From Balamuthia mandrillaris (Eukaryota): DNA of 64,000 nt. Shown piece after piece: positions 11,659-25,173 of this stretch. The position numbers were made by a program, and so were the translations under genes. The notes beneath the pieces were generated by a model. That model saw only the letters and a program-made list of their open reading frames with translations. It was not told the DNA's origin and did no database searches. Numbering within the stretch: the stretch's first letter is position 1; every line of letters begins with the position of its first letter. The stretch is from assembly GCA_031835245.2 (NCBI GenBank), contig JAVKOQ020000055.1, forward strand, positions 124,001-188,000, in the 5' to 3' direction.

Positions 11659-14600
11659 TTAGAGTTGAGGAAGAACGGACGATTGGAGGAGATGGTTGAG
11701 ATCTTTGGTGGCGCTTTGGAGGCGTTTGGAGGCGGTCAAGTAACTTTCAGAGATGTGACGGACAACTTCTTCTGTTACTTTCTGGATGCTCTGTTTAAAA
11801 TTTTTTGTTTGCCGTTTATAATGTTTGTTAAAAGTGAACTCGAAAGAGAGAGAAAAGGGAGAAGAATACGAACAGGATTGTTGGAAGTGTTGGCAAGAAA
11901 CTCGATGCCAGCAGTGGTGATGGCGGAAGGCAGTCTTCGTGCGATGTCACCGCTAACGCCGCCACTGCCTCTTTCAGCGACGTGGTCCAACACCACTCGA
12001 ATGAGGGCCAACGAGCCGACTATCGTTCCATTAAACTCTTTCAACGTTGCTCGTAATGGTTGCAGCTATTATATGTATTTTTGTGGTTAACTATTTAGTT
12101 TTTTGGGTTTCTTTTGAAGGAAAAGAAAGTTACCAGTTTTCCAACGTTTCCCTTTCTCTTCTTGGAAGGAAGAGCAACCAGCCACGTTTGCAACAGTTGG
12201 ATGCTCCAAGTAAGCACTTGGAATAGGTAGAAGTGGAGCAGAGGAAGTGCTGTCTGCGAGTCGAAAGAGTTCTCTTCTTCGCTGCCACCAGAACGGTTGG
12301 GGCCTTTCGTGATGGCCCCCTGGACGTTGTTGCTCAATCCTTAAAATTACGATACTTCTCTTTAGAACTTGTTCTTAACCAGGATGGAAAGCATAGAGAA
12401 GATAAGGTAACAGAAAAGCAAGATGAATACCAGTCAAAAGAGAGATTACTGTTGTCAATTTGGTTTGTGCTTCTTCAGCGGCTTTACTATCTCCTCCGCC
12501 TTGGTATAAAACATTCAGCGTCACAAAAATAAACAGAGAGAGAGAGAAAGAGAAAGAGAGAATGAACAAGAACCTTCTTGTTGGAACGATTTAGCGAGGT
12601 TGTGGATGGATTGAGAGGCAGTGAAAAGATAAAAGATGTAGGTCCATCCCCAGTGATCGAATAGCGTTATATCTGGCGACACAGTTGATGCCTCCGTGCA
12701 TGCTTTTGACGTTTCTGCCATAGCGTCCTTTATCTATATTCCGCATTCACATGAAAGAAAGGAATGAGAGAGAGAGAGAGAGAGAGCAGAATAATTGGAG
12801 AAAACAGAAGAAAGGAAGGGAAGAGAACCTTGGTTGCATCAAGAGTCTCGTCAGACAATACAACCAAAAGTGAAGCCTTTAATTCCGCCATCAATTGCTC
12901 CGCACTCTACAAGAAACGAAGAAGTTCAATGAATGATTGAAAAAATAGGAAAGACAAAGGTTTACTCGTACCACTGATTCCTTTTCTTGTTGTTCCTCTT
13001 TGCTGTTATTGCTGGCTTCTCCTTTCTGTTGTGATTTAGTAGAAGCAGCAGCTCCTCGTTTCTGTTTTGAGCCAGAAGAAGCTGACGAAGTAGCTTTCTG
13101 CGATGAAGCACCTGATTGCGATTCGGCTGGAGAAGAAGGAATCAACTCTGTAAAATGAACAGAAAGCAGCTTCGCCACCACTGAACGCGCTTTCAACCAA
13201 TGAACTTGTTTTGTAAAGTTTCGGCTATCCACATCCGCGCTTGTAGCTCCGCTTCTTCCATCCAACACGTAAAAGTTCTTCTTCTCTTCTTGTTCTTCTT
13301 CTTTCTTCTTCGTATCCTGTTTTTCGTGTTCTCCTTCTTCTTCGATAGATTGTACCATCAACAGAATGTTGCGGTCTTGATTTGGAGATAAGTCAAGCAT
13401 CCTTCTGGCATAAAAGTAGTATGCAGAAGAGGCTGTCGGCTCAGCACCGTTCGAACGATGAAACTTAGGAGGGAAACGAAGATACCAATCGGAGGAGAAG
13501 TATTGGACCGCTTTGTCTAACGAAGGATTGGATTGCACGTGCAACAACACTTCTTCGGTGACGGTGATGGCCAACTGTTGGGAGCGTTCAAGTCGGGATT
13601 CGAAGGAGAGAAACTCAGTTATTTTTTGGTAATTTTGGGAACGATATGGTCCTGCTAACAAGTCTGGTATCTTTTATACGAAGTTTCAATCAGAAAAAGG
13701 AAAGAGAAGACATGGACATTAAAAGAGATTTAGAAAAAAGCTTACCTCCTCCGTTCTAGCTGCATGGAACCTGCGAATTTTGCGACATATTTCCAAGGCT
13801 TCTTCGGAGAAGCCTCCATTGATCAAAGGATGGAGGATGAGATGAGTGAGAGAGTCCAACTGTATGTGCTTTATATGCATCGAGTGAAACAGATCCTTTG
13901 CTCTATGCATGGTTCCTTTTTTAGAATATTAGATTACAACCAAATGGTTTTATGAAAAGGAGAGGAAAGAGAAAGAGAAATTACCGATACGAGAATAAAG
14001 GTTGATAAGCAACAACTTAGCTTGGAAGTTATGCTTGCTTTGTGTCAACAAGTACTCCAGCAATACAATTGCTGCCAGTAGATACTTTTGTTCATCTTTG
14101 AGAGAGAAGGGTTATGTAAAAGAAAGGCAAACACAGAAAAAAAAAGACAGACTGAAATAAATAAAGAAACGATAAAAACGGCAAGACATGAAATAACATA
14201 GCAAGCTTACTTCGGTGTCTATAAATATCAACCAAAACGTATGCAGAAAGCAAGGCCAAGTCATCGCCATGCCCGTTCTCAGTCTCCTCTTTCTTTGAGC
14301 CAATTTGAGTGGACTCCATGTACAAGCTCCAGAGACGGTTGGCAAGCGCTTCGCCTTCCTCTCTAGATGCTGAGGTGATGATGGATCGATGCTGGTCTAA
14401 CCTTCGGCATACTTGCTCGTAGGAACTCAAACTGTGATAACGATTCTCTTTCTTTGCCTTTGGTTTGATAGACAACAAAAACAAAACGAAAATATAAGAA
14501 TATAAATGAAAATTAGAAAACAAAGCAAGAACGAAAGGAGACTAACCAGGTCTTCTTCCTCTGAAAGAACAGGAATGGCCTGATGAAGAGTTTCGCAGAA

Positions 14601-15946
14601 CGAGGATCGCTCCTCGGGAGAGAGATAAGCGAGATAGCTTCTCATATCTTGATAGCAGCAGTATTTGTGCCCAAATCGCCGGAAGTAGTTCACGAGCAAC
14701 GCTTTAAGGTTGTCACGTGATGGAATGATTCCAGCTGCGATAAGTCGATGCTCCAGCTCTATTTCTGCCAAAAATGGGCCACGACTGCAGTGCATCCAAG
14801 TTTAGAACAAGAACCCAGAATATTAATAAAAGAATGGGACATAAAGCAGAAATAGCGAAGAAAATGACTTACCAATGAGAATACTTTTCTTGAAACTCGT
14901 GGAAGAAAGGAAGAGCATCATCAGTAATGCTGCCCTCTTGTCCTTTCCTCAGCTCAAACATTGCATTCATGTAACCTGTATAATAACCCCAATCATCCGG
15001 TCTGTTCATAGCATACAGAAGCATCAGCAACGAGAGATTAAACCAACGAAGGGAAAGCAATGAAAAGAGAAAGGAGGAGAAAGAAACATGAAATTGACAA
15101 AAAAAGGAAGAAGTGAAAGGAAGGATGAACAAAGCAAAACAGTACTCTTTTACAGTCAACAGTTGCTTGTAAAGTTGGCTGCACTCTTCCCAACGTTCCA
15201 AGCGAGTGAGCAACTTCAACTGCCACTGTAGGTGGTCATGTGGCAAAAAAAGAGGTGCAACTGCCTCGTTGCAAATTTCCTTTAGCGCAGCTTCGTGCTT
15301 GTTTTGAGCCAACAAAACATTCACCAAAAACAAAAACACTGTTGGAAAAACGTTTAAAAAAAATATGTCAACAAAGAGAACAAGAAAGACAATAGGCAAG
15401 AAAAGAAAAGAGAACCTGGCAGCTTTTTGGGAGGAGACTCGGAAAACTTTTTGCGAATCATCATCTCACAGAGGCTAAGCAACCTCTTGTTGTCGTTGAG
15501 AATGGTTTCCTTTTCTTTCTCGTCAGTTGGAGGATTGTCCTGCAGCTTGCGGAGAGCAAGCTCTGCTTGAATGTAGTTGCTAGCAATGGACCAGTAGTAA
15601 TGCTTTTCTTTTTTAAAGTGTTTAAAGAGCCGGAGAGCCACCTGCGCATTGTTTGAAAGGATAAGCAGAGAAGCAGAGAAAAGAAGAAGATGAAGAGAAA
15701 TACCAATTGCTGGTTTTTAAGATCATGTTCACGCACGTAGGCGAAAAATACTTCTTCACCGAGGTGTTGGTTATTTGGCTCTTTTTCAAACAGTTTTTCT
15801 TGCAACAATGTTATATCGTGTACTTTTTATCCATCGTGGATGAGAAGAGAAAAGCAAAGCATGAACATTGAGACAGAAGAGAGAGAGAGAGAGAGAGAGA
15901 GAGGTGAGTGTGCGTGTGAGTGTCAGAGAAGAGTGGTAACATAGAG

Positions 15947-15978
<32 letters not shown>

Positions 15979-16551
15979 ACAAGAGCGACAGTGAACAAAG
16001 AGAAAAGCAAGAGTGAGCGAGTGTGTGTGTGTGACAGAGAGAGAGAGAGAGAGAGAGAGAGATCAGTTTGCAGCTCACTTCCTAAATTTAAAAAGCGACA
16101 AGTGAGCGTTACCTTGGCCCATCTTTTTGAGTGCCACTTTGATGTAGTGCAGAAGGAGGTCCTCAAGAGGGTACTCCTGTTGCACCTCCTGAATGAGCTG
16201 ATAGGCCTCCTCCCTGTCACCGTTCCGTTCCAGGGCGATGGCTTTCCAGGCTTTGCCCAGCTTGGAGTTTGGGTGCTTCTTCAGGTACGTGTTCATCTGC
16301 TTCACTGCACCTTTGTAGTTGCCCGCCTCTGAAGAAGAAGAAGAAGCACATGAAGAAGAACATAAAGAAGAAGAAGAACAAGAAAAGGGATTTTTTTAAA
16401 AAAAGGTTCCAATAATAAATCGCTTATGGCGAACAACACTCAAAAATTTGGATTGACTACAGTGTGTTTTGTTTTTTAAAAAAAATAAAAGAAGGGAAGA
16501 AGTACCCATGGTGTCCCAGACGGACTGCAAGCGTCTTTTCTCGCTCAACAT
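11659..16551 (-). CDS. NAA25: NatB N-terminal acetyltransferase auxiliary subunit (NAA25/MDM20), multi-exon
   Basis: Motifs QQLVALRLFK..YYWSI, PDDWGYY, RGPFLAEIEL, YFRRFGHKYCCYQD, DDLALL, NFQAKLLLI, IKHIQLDSL and EFLSFESRLERS; the exons join in frame through GT-AG introns. Confidence 0.9.
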
Positions 16552-16942
16552 GCTGAGAGATGCAAAACTTGGCGGTGCGAGGTGCAACAGAGAGACAAAT
16601 CTTCGTCAGCGCTCTTTTTTTTGTGTTGAAAGCAAGTGAAGGTCTTGGCGGGCATTTTTTGCATTTTTTGCATGGCTATCATACTTTACGTTCCTTACAT
16701 TTTTAGAATTCATGTCATTCTTATTGTAACCTTCACCCTTTCAGGACGACATGAAAAGTTGGAGAGCGGAGGAGCACGTCATCCTCGTGCTCGAGCCCAC
16801 TGCAGCAACTCCAACTGGCCTGCACTCCTCTCTCTCTCAGCAGCTTCACTCTTGAGGCTACTGTGTTGTTTTGTTGGTTTGGCTTGTTTCATTTGTTTAT
16901 TTTTTGTATTTGATTGTCTCTTATGTTTATGTAATGGCTTGT

Positions 16943-17685
16943 TCAAACGGTGAAAAGAATGGACCTACAGGTGAGGGCGCCATCCGCTTTTGCGCCTTCT
17001 CGGTTCCACAGCTCATGGACGTGCAAGTCGCTGGGTATCTTTTCCTTGATGAGGGCCAAGCTCTCTGGGAATCCCTTGGACACCAACAAATGGTCGTTCA
17101 CTCGCAACTTCATAAAAGTTATGATAGGTTCAATAAGGAAAGAAGAGGGAGAGAGAGAGAGAGAGAGTGAGAGAGGGAGAGAGAGAGAGAGCAACTCCAG
17201 ATATGAGAGAACGGACGATACAAGAGAGGAGACGAAAGAACGGAGAACATAACAGAGAGACAGAGAGAGCAGAACGAGGGAAAAACAGTAGAAGAGAAAA
17301 TAAAGTGAAGAGACGTACGACGTTGGCGGCGAGAGCTTCCGGCACCAAAACACTGTCGTACTTGGCGGTGGCTTGGCTTTGAATGGCTTGAAGAGCCTCT
17401 CTTCCGGCCCTATTGTCTGCCACAACGAGCAACTCCTCCGAGGCTGGCGTGACCACGCTCTTCAAGTGAAGTCCTTCCACCACTTTAACGCTGTGAACTG
17501 GATAGTTGTCAAACACCTGTTGCGAAGTAGAGAGAGAGAGAGAGAAACGATTGTTACAAGAGCCGCCACAAGCGCAGAAGAAGGAGCGCGCGAGCGAGAG
17601 GAGAGAGAGAGAGAGAACGAGAACGAGAACGAGAACGAGAACGAGAACGAGAGAAACAGAAAGGAAAGGACGAGAAAGAAAAATG

Positions 17686-17719
<34 letters not shown>

Positions 17720-18197
17720 GACAAGAAAGCAAGCAAAGCTAAACCTTGGCCAAAATTTCAACGCCTTCCTCGTTGGTCCGTTTGCTGAGCCCCACAAAGA
17801 ACTCCTTGCCGGTGAACATCACATCCCCTCCATCCAACGTGGCCGTCTCCGACATGCTCCTCATGTCATGCAGCTCGAGGTTGCTGCCCGATAGGCTCTC
17901 AAAGGCCGCTTTGATGGGGTCGATCTCTCCTTGGCGGGAAGGGTGGCCGGGGCGACAGATCAGAACCCGGTTGCCGGCCACGACGGCGGTGTCCTCCACG
18001 AATATGCAGTCGGGGTGGTCGTGGTCGGGCTCCACTCGGATGAGCTCCACGCCGCACTCCTCCAGCTGCTTGTTGTAGGCAGCAAGCTCCTCGGCCATCT
18101 TTTCCGTGCTGGGCGGTTCGGAGGGCTCCTCCGCCCGCAGGGCTCCCGCCGCGAAGCTGTTCGCCAACCCCCTCACCAATGCCTTGTTGTACTGCAT
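16943..18197 (-). CDS. DDAH: N(G),N(G)-dimethylarginine dimethylaminohydrolase (amidinotransferase/pentein fold), 3 exons
   Basis: PDCIFVEDTAVV, RPGHPSRQGE, LDGGDV, GLSKRTN, LHLKS and KADGALTC; Cys-His-Asp triad motifs present. Confidence 0.92.
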
Positions 18198-18484
18198 GCC
18201 CGTGTGTTTATGTTCGTGTCGTTTGAGAGAGAGAGACAGAGAGAGAGACGCAAAAGACAAACGGAAAGACAAACTAAGTGGAGAGCAGGAAAGAGTTTTC
18301 CGGGTTCGATGGCGTCATTTCAAAAGTGGTGTCGTTACTAATTTCCATACATAGTACATGTGACGCGGGGTTTAACCTAAAAAAGAAAACGTGACGCCAT
18401 TTCCACGATTGGGCATTTAGCAAATATATTCGTGACGTCATGAGATTATATACAAGCCCACTGTGCTGTATCGCACAGCTCTGC

Positions 18485-19424
18485 TCAACCCTTTTGGTGG
18501 AAACGCAGGAAGGGCGCGCTGCGGTCGTTGGTAGCAACGGGACGCAGGCGGGACTTATCAAACTTGGCGATGGAGTGCAGCAACGAGCCTCTGTCCGCGA
18601 TGTGGGGGCTAACGCCCAGCCTGTCCACCACGAGCTGAGGGAACCGCACCTTCCTCCTCCTTTGATGCACCACGGCACCGAAACTGTGGAACCACTTCCA
18701 GGCCTTGAAGTAATACTCCTCCTTGTCCGTTTGGGGTTGTTGGTAGAAGGCGGGGTTGTCGAAGGAGGCGTAGAGAGAAGTTGGAGGTGGAGGACGTCCA
18801 AAGTCCATCATGTAGAGGTGACGCCAAAGGTGGGAGTCGTTGGAGATGTCATGAAAGTGTTTGTTGACGAGGGGGCAGTCCAGTGCTAAGGCTTCCTCTC
18901 CCACGAATTGAAGGATGTACAGTTGAAGCTGTTGCACATGTGCATTAGTGGTTTCTCCAGTAAAGAAGCAAGACAAAGAGAGCAGGACAACGTACCTCTC
19001 GTGGAAGCAGATCGAAATAACAGGTGCCATCTTTAGGCGGTCTAAACTTTCTTTTCTCTTTTCTCGCCTTCTCTTTGGCTTCTTTCTCACCCTCTTCCTC
19101 TTCCTCTTCCTCGTTCTCCTTCTCCTTTTCTTTCCTCTTCTTCTTCCTTTCTTCCTCTTCTTTTTCTTTTCGTCTTCGTTTCATCTCTTCTCTGGTAAGA
19201 CGTAGCTGAGGCTGGTACTGCCATGGGAACAGCGGTTTGGCGGAAGCGGGTGGGTCATACGCAAGAGGATAGGAGGAGGAGGACGAGGCATAAGGAGAAA
19301 GGAAGGCAGAAGCGAGATAGTCGTTGTTGTTGTTGTTGTTGCTGCTGCTCCTGCTGCTACCCGATGTCCTCCTGTTTAGACTGGTAGACCGTCTTGGGCT
19401 AGTGCTTGATTCCTTGTTCCCCAT
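18485..19424 (-). CDS. F-box protein with possible N-myristoylation site, 2 exons
   Basis: MGNKESS start; spliced F-box FDLLPRELQLYILQFV..VNKHFHDISNDSHLWRHLY. Confidence 0.75.
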
Positions 19425-19795
19425 GATCGCTTCTTGTTGCACAAAGGCGGTGGGCGTTGGCGGTCTTTCAATATTGTTTGTCAATTCTTTCGTGAAGAAT
19501 TGCGTGTGACGACACGAGGTTCAAAGGCTTAAGGACGACGTGACATCTCAATTTTTTGCAGATATGTCGACAAAAATGGACCGAACCATTTCGACGACGA
19601 CACGAGATTGAATTTTTGAAGCATTTGTCGACATGAAAAAGAAAACGAAAAATAAGAAAAAAAAAACAGTGCGGAGGAAGAAAGAACAACCACAGCAGCA
19701 GCAACCAAAAGTCAACAAAAAAAAAACAAAAACAAAAACAAGAACGTTCCACTCGCGTAGTGGTGAAAGAGAGGGAGAAGAGGAGAGAAAAGTCG

Positions 19796-20428
19796 ATGGC
19801 AACAAGATTTGCAGTGGTCCTCCGGATCATCCACGCTGTCTTTTATCCACTCATCTTTTTGGTGACCACCGTGCTGGCCCTCGTTGAGGCTGCCATCGAT
19901 CGTGCCCTGGTCTCATTGAAAGAAACACTCAAAGCTTTGATTCAAGAAGGTTTGTTGTTCTTTTCTCTTCCTTTTCTCTCCCATTTGCTTTTTTCTTACG
20001 AAAAAAAAAATGTGTTTCCAATAAAATGCAATGTGATTAGTATGGCAAATCGGTTCCACGGTGTTGAATAATCTGTCTGGGGTGGTGTTGGGATTTTTCC
20101 ACAAGCCTTCCTTTGACAACTACTTGCAACACAGAAGACGCATACGTCCCTTCATTTCACCTTCGTGCGTACTTTTTTAAAGATCAGACTTTTGTTCATA
20201 TTTTTTGGAGTTTTTTCTTCTTTACTTCTCTTTATTGTCGTTTCTTTTTTGTTCTTTCTTTCTTTGTAGTTGCTTTCTTTCTAGTTTCTTTCTTTTCGTT
20301 TCTTGTCCCTTCTTTCTTGTGTTGCTTTCTTGTTATAGTATTTGTCTCTCTCTCCATTGCTTCTCGCTCTCTCTCTCTCTCTCTCTCCCCCTCTCTTCGT
20401 TTAGCTCTCACTTTGTCTCATCTCTGAC

Positions 20429-20471
<43 letters not shown>

Positions 20472-23217
20472 GAGGGACATTGGGTCTGACGGAAGAAGGT
20501 GGCACTCTCTTCTCAGCGCTGCTGCCAAGCAGGCATACAAAAGACGAAGCAACATACTTGTCGGATGAGGATGTGATCGATGAGGAGGAAGAGGAGAAGG
20601 AGGAGGTGAATCCACTCACCAGTGGTACACCGAAAAGAAGACCACGAAGACGCTTTCTTTCAGGTACTCTATTCTTGTTTTGTGCTTATGCTAAGAATCT
20701 TTGGCTTATGTTTATGCAACAATAGATCCTTCCTCTCCAGCAGCCACCAGCTATCCGATGGAACTGGATACTATTCATCGGCATGAACACCAAACAGGAT
20801 TCTTCGAGGACCTCCGGCTGACCGCCATGGTGCGGATCGATGCAGGAGTGGACAAAATTCGCTCTTGGGTCCACTCCGCCTTCCATTTGAGCAGAACAGC
20901 TTCTGCAAAAGGTATTGCCTCTTTTGCCTTTCTATATTTTTATCTTCTTCCTTTTAGCTGTTTTCTGTTCTCTGTTTTCTTTTGCCATTTACGCTTTCTC
21001 ATTTTCATCGTTTAAAGCAACGTCTTCGCAACGTTTGTCGATGGAAAGCATGAAAGGGTTAGTGGGACGTGTCAACCAGTTGCGACAAATGAACCCACGC
21101 AGCTTAATATCTCCTTCGAGACTTGGTAAGTTTTTTTTTCCTGTTCGCTTTGTTACGTTCTCAATTCTCAATTCTCTAACTCTCTCTCTATCTCTCTCGT
21201 TCAGATGTGAGAAACAAAAAAGAGATTGTACAGCAAGCAGGATATCCTTATGAAGTTTACACAACAACAACAGGTTATACCTTTTGCTTCACTCCCTTTA
21301 TTTTTTTTTATTGATTTCTCATAAACAAATATATAGAGGATGGCTATATTTTAACCATCGAACGCATTCCAAACAAAAACTCTCTTAACGCGGTCTACTT
21401 TCAGCACGGCGTCTTCGACCACAGCTTCGCCTGGATCTCTGGGGGACCCATCGGAAGTTTAGCCTTTTTGGCCCACGACCAAGGTCTGGACGTTTGGCTG
21501 GGCAATTTCAGAGGGTCTTACAATTATGAGCACGTCAACCCGAACATTACGCCAGCAGCGTATTGGGACTTTACCATCAATGAACATGCCTTTCAGGACA
21601 TTCCAGCCTTCATAAGAAAGATCAAAGAAGTGAAGAGTCAGGAGCTTCACGAAAGAAGAAGTTTGTACTTTCTGTTCTCTTTGTACTTCTGTTTCGCATT
21701 TTCCTTTATTTATTTTTTAAAATCTCAGAAATCACTATTGACGCTAGTCTTGTTGGTTTTTCAGTTGTAAAGAATAGAACAGCAGAGGAAGAGATAAACA
21801 CTGAAACCGATGAGACGGAGGAAGCTCAACAAGCCTTGCAAATAAGCATTAGCGTCATTGCTCACAGTGTACGTTTTGTTTGTGTTGAGTGTTGTAGTGC
21901 TTTTTGTTTATTGTTTTTCTTACAAATGAAAAAATAAATAGATGGGAGCAGCCACCACACTTATGTATATTATTGGGTGGTCCATGAAGGAGCTGGACCA
22001 TGGCGTCTCGGAAGCTATCTTACTGTCGCCTGCTGGCTACCACGAAAGAGTACTTTTATTCTTTCTGCTTCCCCTACACTTTCTCATTATCTCCTTGCTC
22101 GTTCTTTTCTTCTCGCTGATGCTCGTCCAAAAGGTGCCTTTGCTGGCACGGGTATTAGGACCTATCATCGAACGGATGATATTTTGGATGCCATGGCTTC
22201 ACACTTTTCGATTTCCTTCAGGTCTCCTCTCTCCCTCACTCTCACTCTCTCATGTTTCATTTTCTGACAAACCGTCACTTTATGTTTGTTCCTTTTCACC
22301 TAACAATATCAACAGACGTGATCCGGTTGTTAACTGCCAAAGCCATTCAAGATGTACGAAATACACCGGCCACACGGGAGCTCCTTGCGTTAATCACATC
22401 CAAGATTCTCGGCGGTGATCCGACGGTATCCATTCTTTCCTTGTTATTCTTTTGATAACTTTCTTCTTCTTGTCTTATCTTCTTGTTCTGATTCTTAGTA
22501 TCTCTCCCTTTACAAATCTTTTCTAACCGCTTTCTTGCGAATCAGGATCACCCATTCACAAAGGTTCACAACGTAACCTACAACATCTTTGCGGGCACAT
22601 CGAGAGGCGTGTTTCAACACTTTTTGCAACTTTCTCGCGTGTCCCGCTTTCAGGCCTACGACTTTGGCATCGAAAAGAATTTTCAAGTTTATGGCACTCC
22701 TTCCCCGCCTAACTTTATGGACAACTATGACAAGTAAGTTTCTTTCTTGCTTTCTTCTGCCTTTCAACTCTTCTTTCTGTTTGTGTTGCTTCTTTCTCTG
22801 CATTTACTTTGCTTCTTCTCTTGTTTGTCTCTGATCTATTTCCCTTCTTATGCATACGCGCACAGAGTGAACATCCCCATTCACTTCCTGATGGGACTGG
22901 ACGACACTCTCATCGACCCTGTAAATATTTTGAAGCACTACACCACATATGCCACGCACAAGCCGCATTTGGCTTTCCTCAAGGCCTTTCCAAAGACCGG
23001 TCACCTGGACTTCACTCTGGGGCTGACGGACGCCATCGTGGCGTACATCCTGAAGGCACTGCCCAAAGGAGAGGAGGGCTCCATTCCTTTGTATCTTCCC
23101 CAGGAAGAAGAGAAGGAAAAGGAAGAAGAAAGAAAGGAAGAGAACGAAGCAGCAGAGGAAGAAGAGGAAGAAGAAGCAGAAGCAGAAGACGAAAGCACGC
23201 TCGAATCGGTGGACTAG
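19796..23217 (+). CDS. Acid lipase/sterol esterase-like alpha/beta hydrolase (abhydrolase-associated lipase region), multi-exon
   Basis: GYPYEVYTTTTEDGYIL, YFQHGVFD, DVWLGNFRG, YWDFTINEHAFQDIPA, spliced nucleophile AHSMG, D..IDP and GHLDF. Confidence 0.92.
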
Positions 23218-24502
23218 AAGTGTCCCCCCTTTTTTTTCCCCCTCTATCGACAATAATTGTACACAGCTATCGCATTCGAACGATTCATCTGCGCTCATCT
23301 GCGCGTCGACACGAATTCCCCTCTATCGATAATCCCGTTCGGCCCTGGCAAAGGCATCTCATTCGAAGATTTTTTAGGCGTTTTTCTCGACAAACACGAA
23401 CAATTATTCTTCGCTTGGCGTTCGCACGACGAAAAAAAAGAGGTAGCAGCAGCGGCAGTAGTGCGGTGAGGAGGAGAGAAGAGAAGGAGAGAAGAAGGGG
23501 GAAAGCCACGCGAGAAGCCAAAGAAAAAGAATTTTGTCGAAAGTCGGGGTCGAGTGACTGCTTGTTCGCGGCCAGCACAACGGACTTTGGAGGTAGTAGT
23601 AAGTAGACGTAGCAGAAAAATAATCCCTAGGGCCTCTTTTTTTGATTATTATTTTTTTTCAAACGTTTGAAGGCTATTTTTTATTTTATTTTCTCTCTGC
23701 TGCGAAACAGATTTTGTTTTCGTTTTTTTTCGTTTGTTTGTTTTGGTGGAGAGCGATCATTTTTTTTTTGTTACTGGAGTTGATTGGATTGTTTTTCTTC
23801 TTCAGGAGAACAACAACAACAGGTCATCATTTAAAACAACAAAAACGGAACATCTGATTTAAAACAATCGTTCGGGTTCGTTTTATTTTTTTTTTCTCAT
23901 CGTTCCTCTTATTTCATTTTCTTTATTTTCTGATTTTTTATTCCCTCTCTCTTTGATTCGACATACGCAACAACAACAGGAGCAACGTCGTTCTTTCTGC
24001 AACAAATCGTTTGCTCCTGTAACCTTTAAAAAAAAACCAATCCAAAACCACGCCTCGTCGTTTCAAGCTGCATAAACGCGGAGACAGCGGCGGAACAGGA
24101 GCCAGCCTTCTCTCTGGCCTCTGGAACTATTTTTATTCCTCTTCCTCTTCTGCTTCCACCCCTGCCAGCAGTGGACCCCAACCACAACCTCCACAACCTC
24201 AACAACTCCCACCACCTTCCCCTACCGTCTCCTCTGTTATCCCCGGAAGGCGTCCCTCCGCACCGTATTCCTGCTATCCTCAGCATCGCTACAGCTCCTC
24301 TCCTGACGCGCTTTGCTCCTCGTTCGAGCCCCTGTCCTCCTCCGCTTCCTCCTCCTTTGACGCCTACGCCGCTGTCTTTGATCACATCTCCTCCGACTTT
24401 TCGCCTCCGCTCTCTACCAGTGGCACCATTGGTTGGGACCGTAGTTATAGCATCAGCAATAGCAACAGTAACGTTGGTTTAAACGCGAACGACTTTGTGG
24501 CA

Positions 24503-25086
24503 ATGGATGTGCCAAGAGAAGACGTCGCAACTGGAGATAAGGCCCCCGCTGGACTCTTTGGAAGGTAGCTCTCTGCCTATGTTGTCTGTTTTCTTCTTTC
24601 TCTTTCTTGCTCATTTTTATTTCTTCCTTAACCCTGTCGTTCTGTGATTAAAAAAAGGCTGTGGAAGAGAGCAAGTGATGCTGGGCTGGAAGGAGATGAC
24701 GGTGTCAATAACATAGGCAGTACCGCTGATTCGAGAGGCACAACACCCGTGAAAAAGGGTCGCGCCACATCACAAACCGAGAAAGTAATTCAGCTGAGAA
24801 AGCAGGAGCTCAAGGATTGTTTGTTGTTGCTCTCTCAACGTAAAGAGGTTTGTGAGTTTGTGTTTGCGTTTATTTGTTTTGTGTGTCACTTAAGTTCATG
24901 CATTGGGGTTTTGGTTTGTTTTTTCTAACTCGAATTTTGTAAAATAAAGTTATGGGTACAAGATAGTGAAGTCACCGCATGTTTTCTGTGCGCCAAGCTG
25001 TTTTCTGCGATTAAAAGACGGCACCATTGCCGTTTGTGCGGCAAAATTGTTTGCAGAAAGTAATATTGTTCTCTCGCTCGCGCGCG

Positions 25087-25128
<42 letters not shown>

Positions 25129-25142
25129 CCCTCCCCCTTCTT

Positions 25143-25173
<31 letters not shown>

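Noticed and set aside
22426..22547. Possible U12-type intron (donor GTATCCAT)
   Set aside because: The donor deviates from GTATCCTT and there is no TCCTTAAC branch site; consistent with an ordinary U2 intron.
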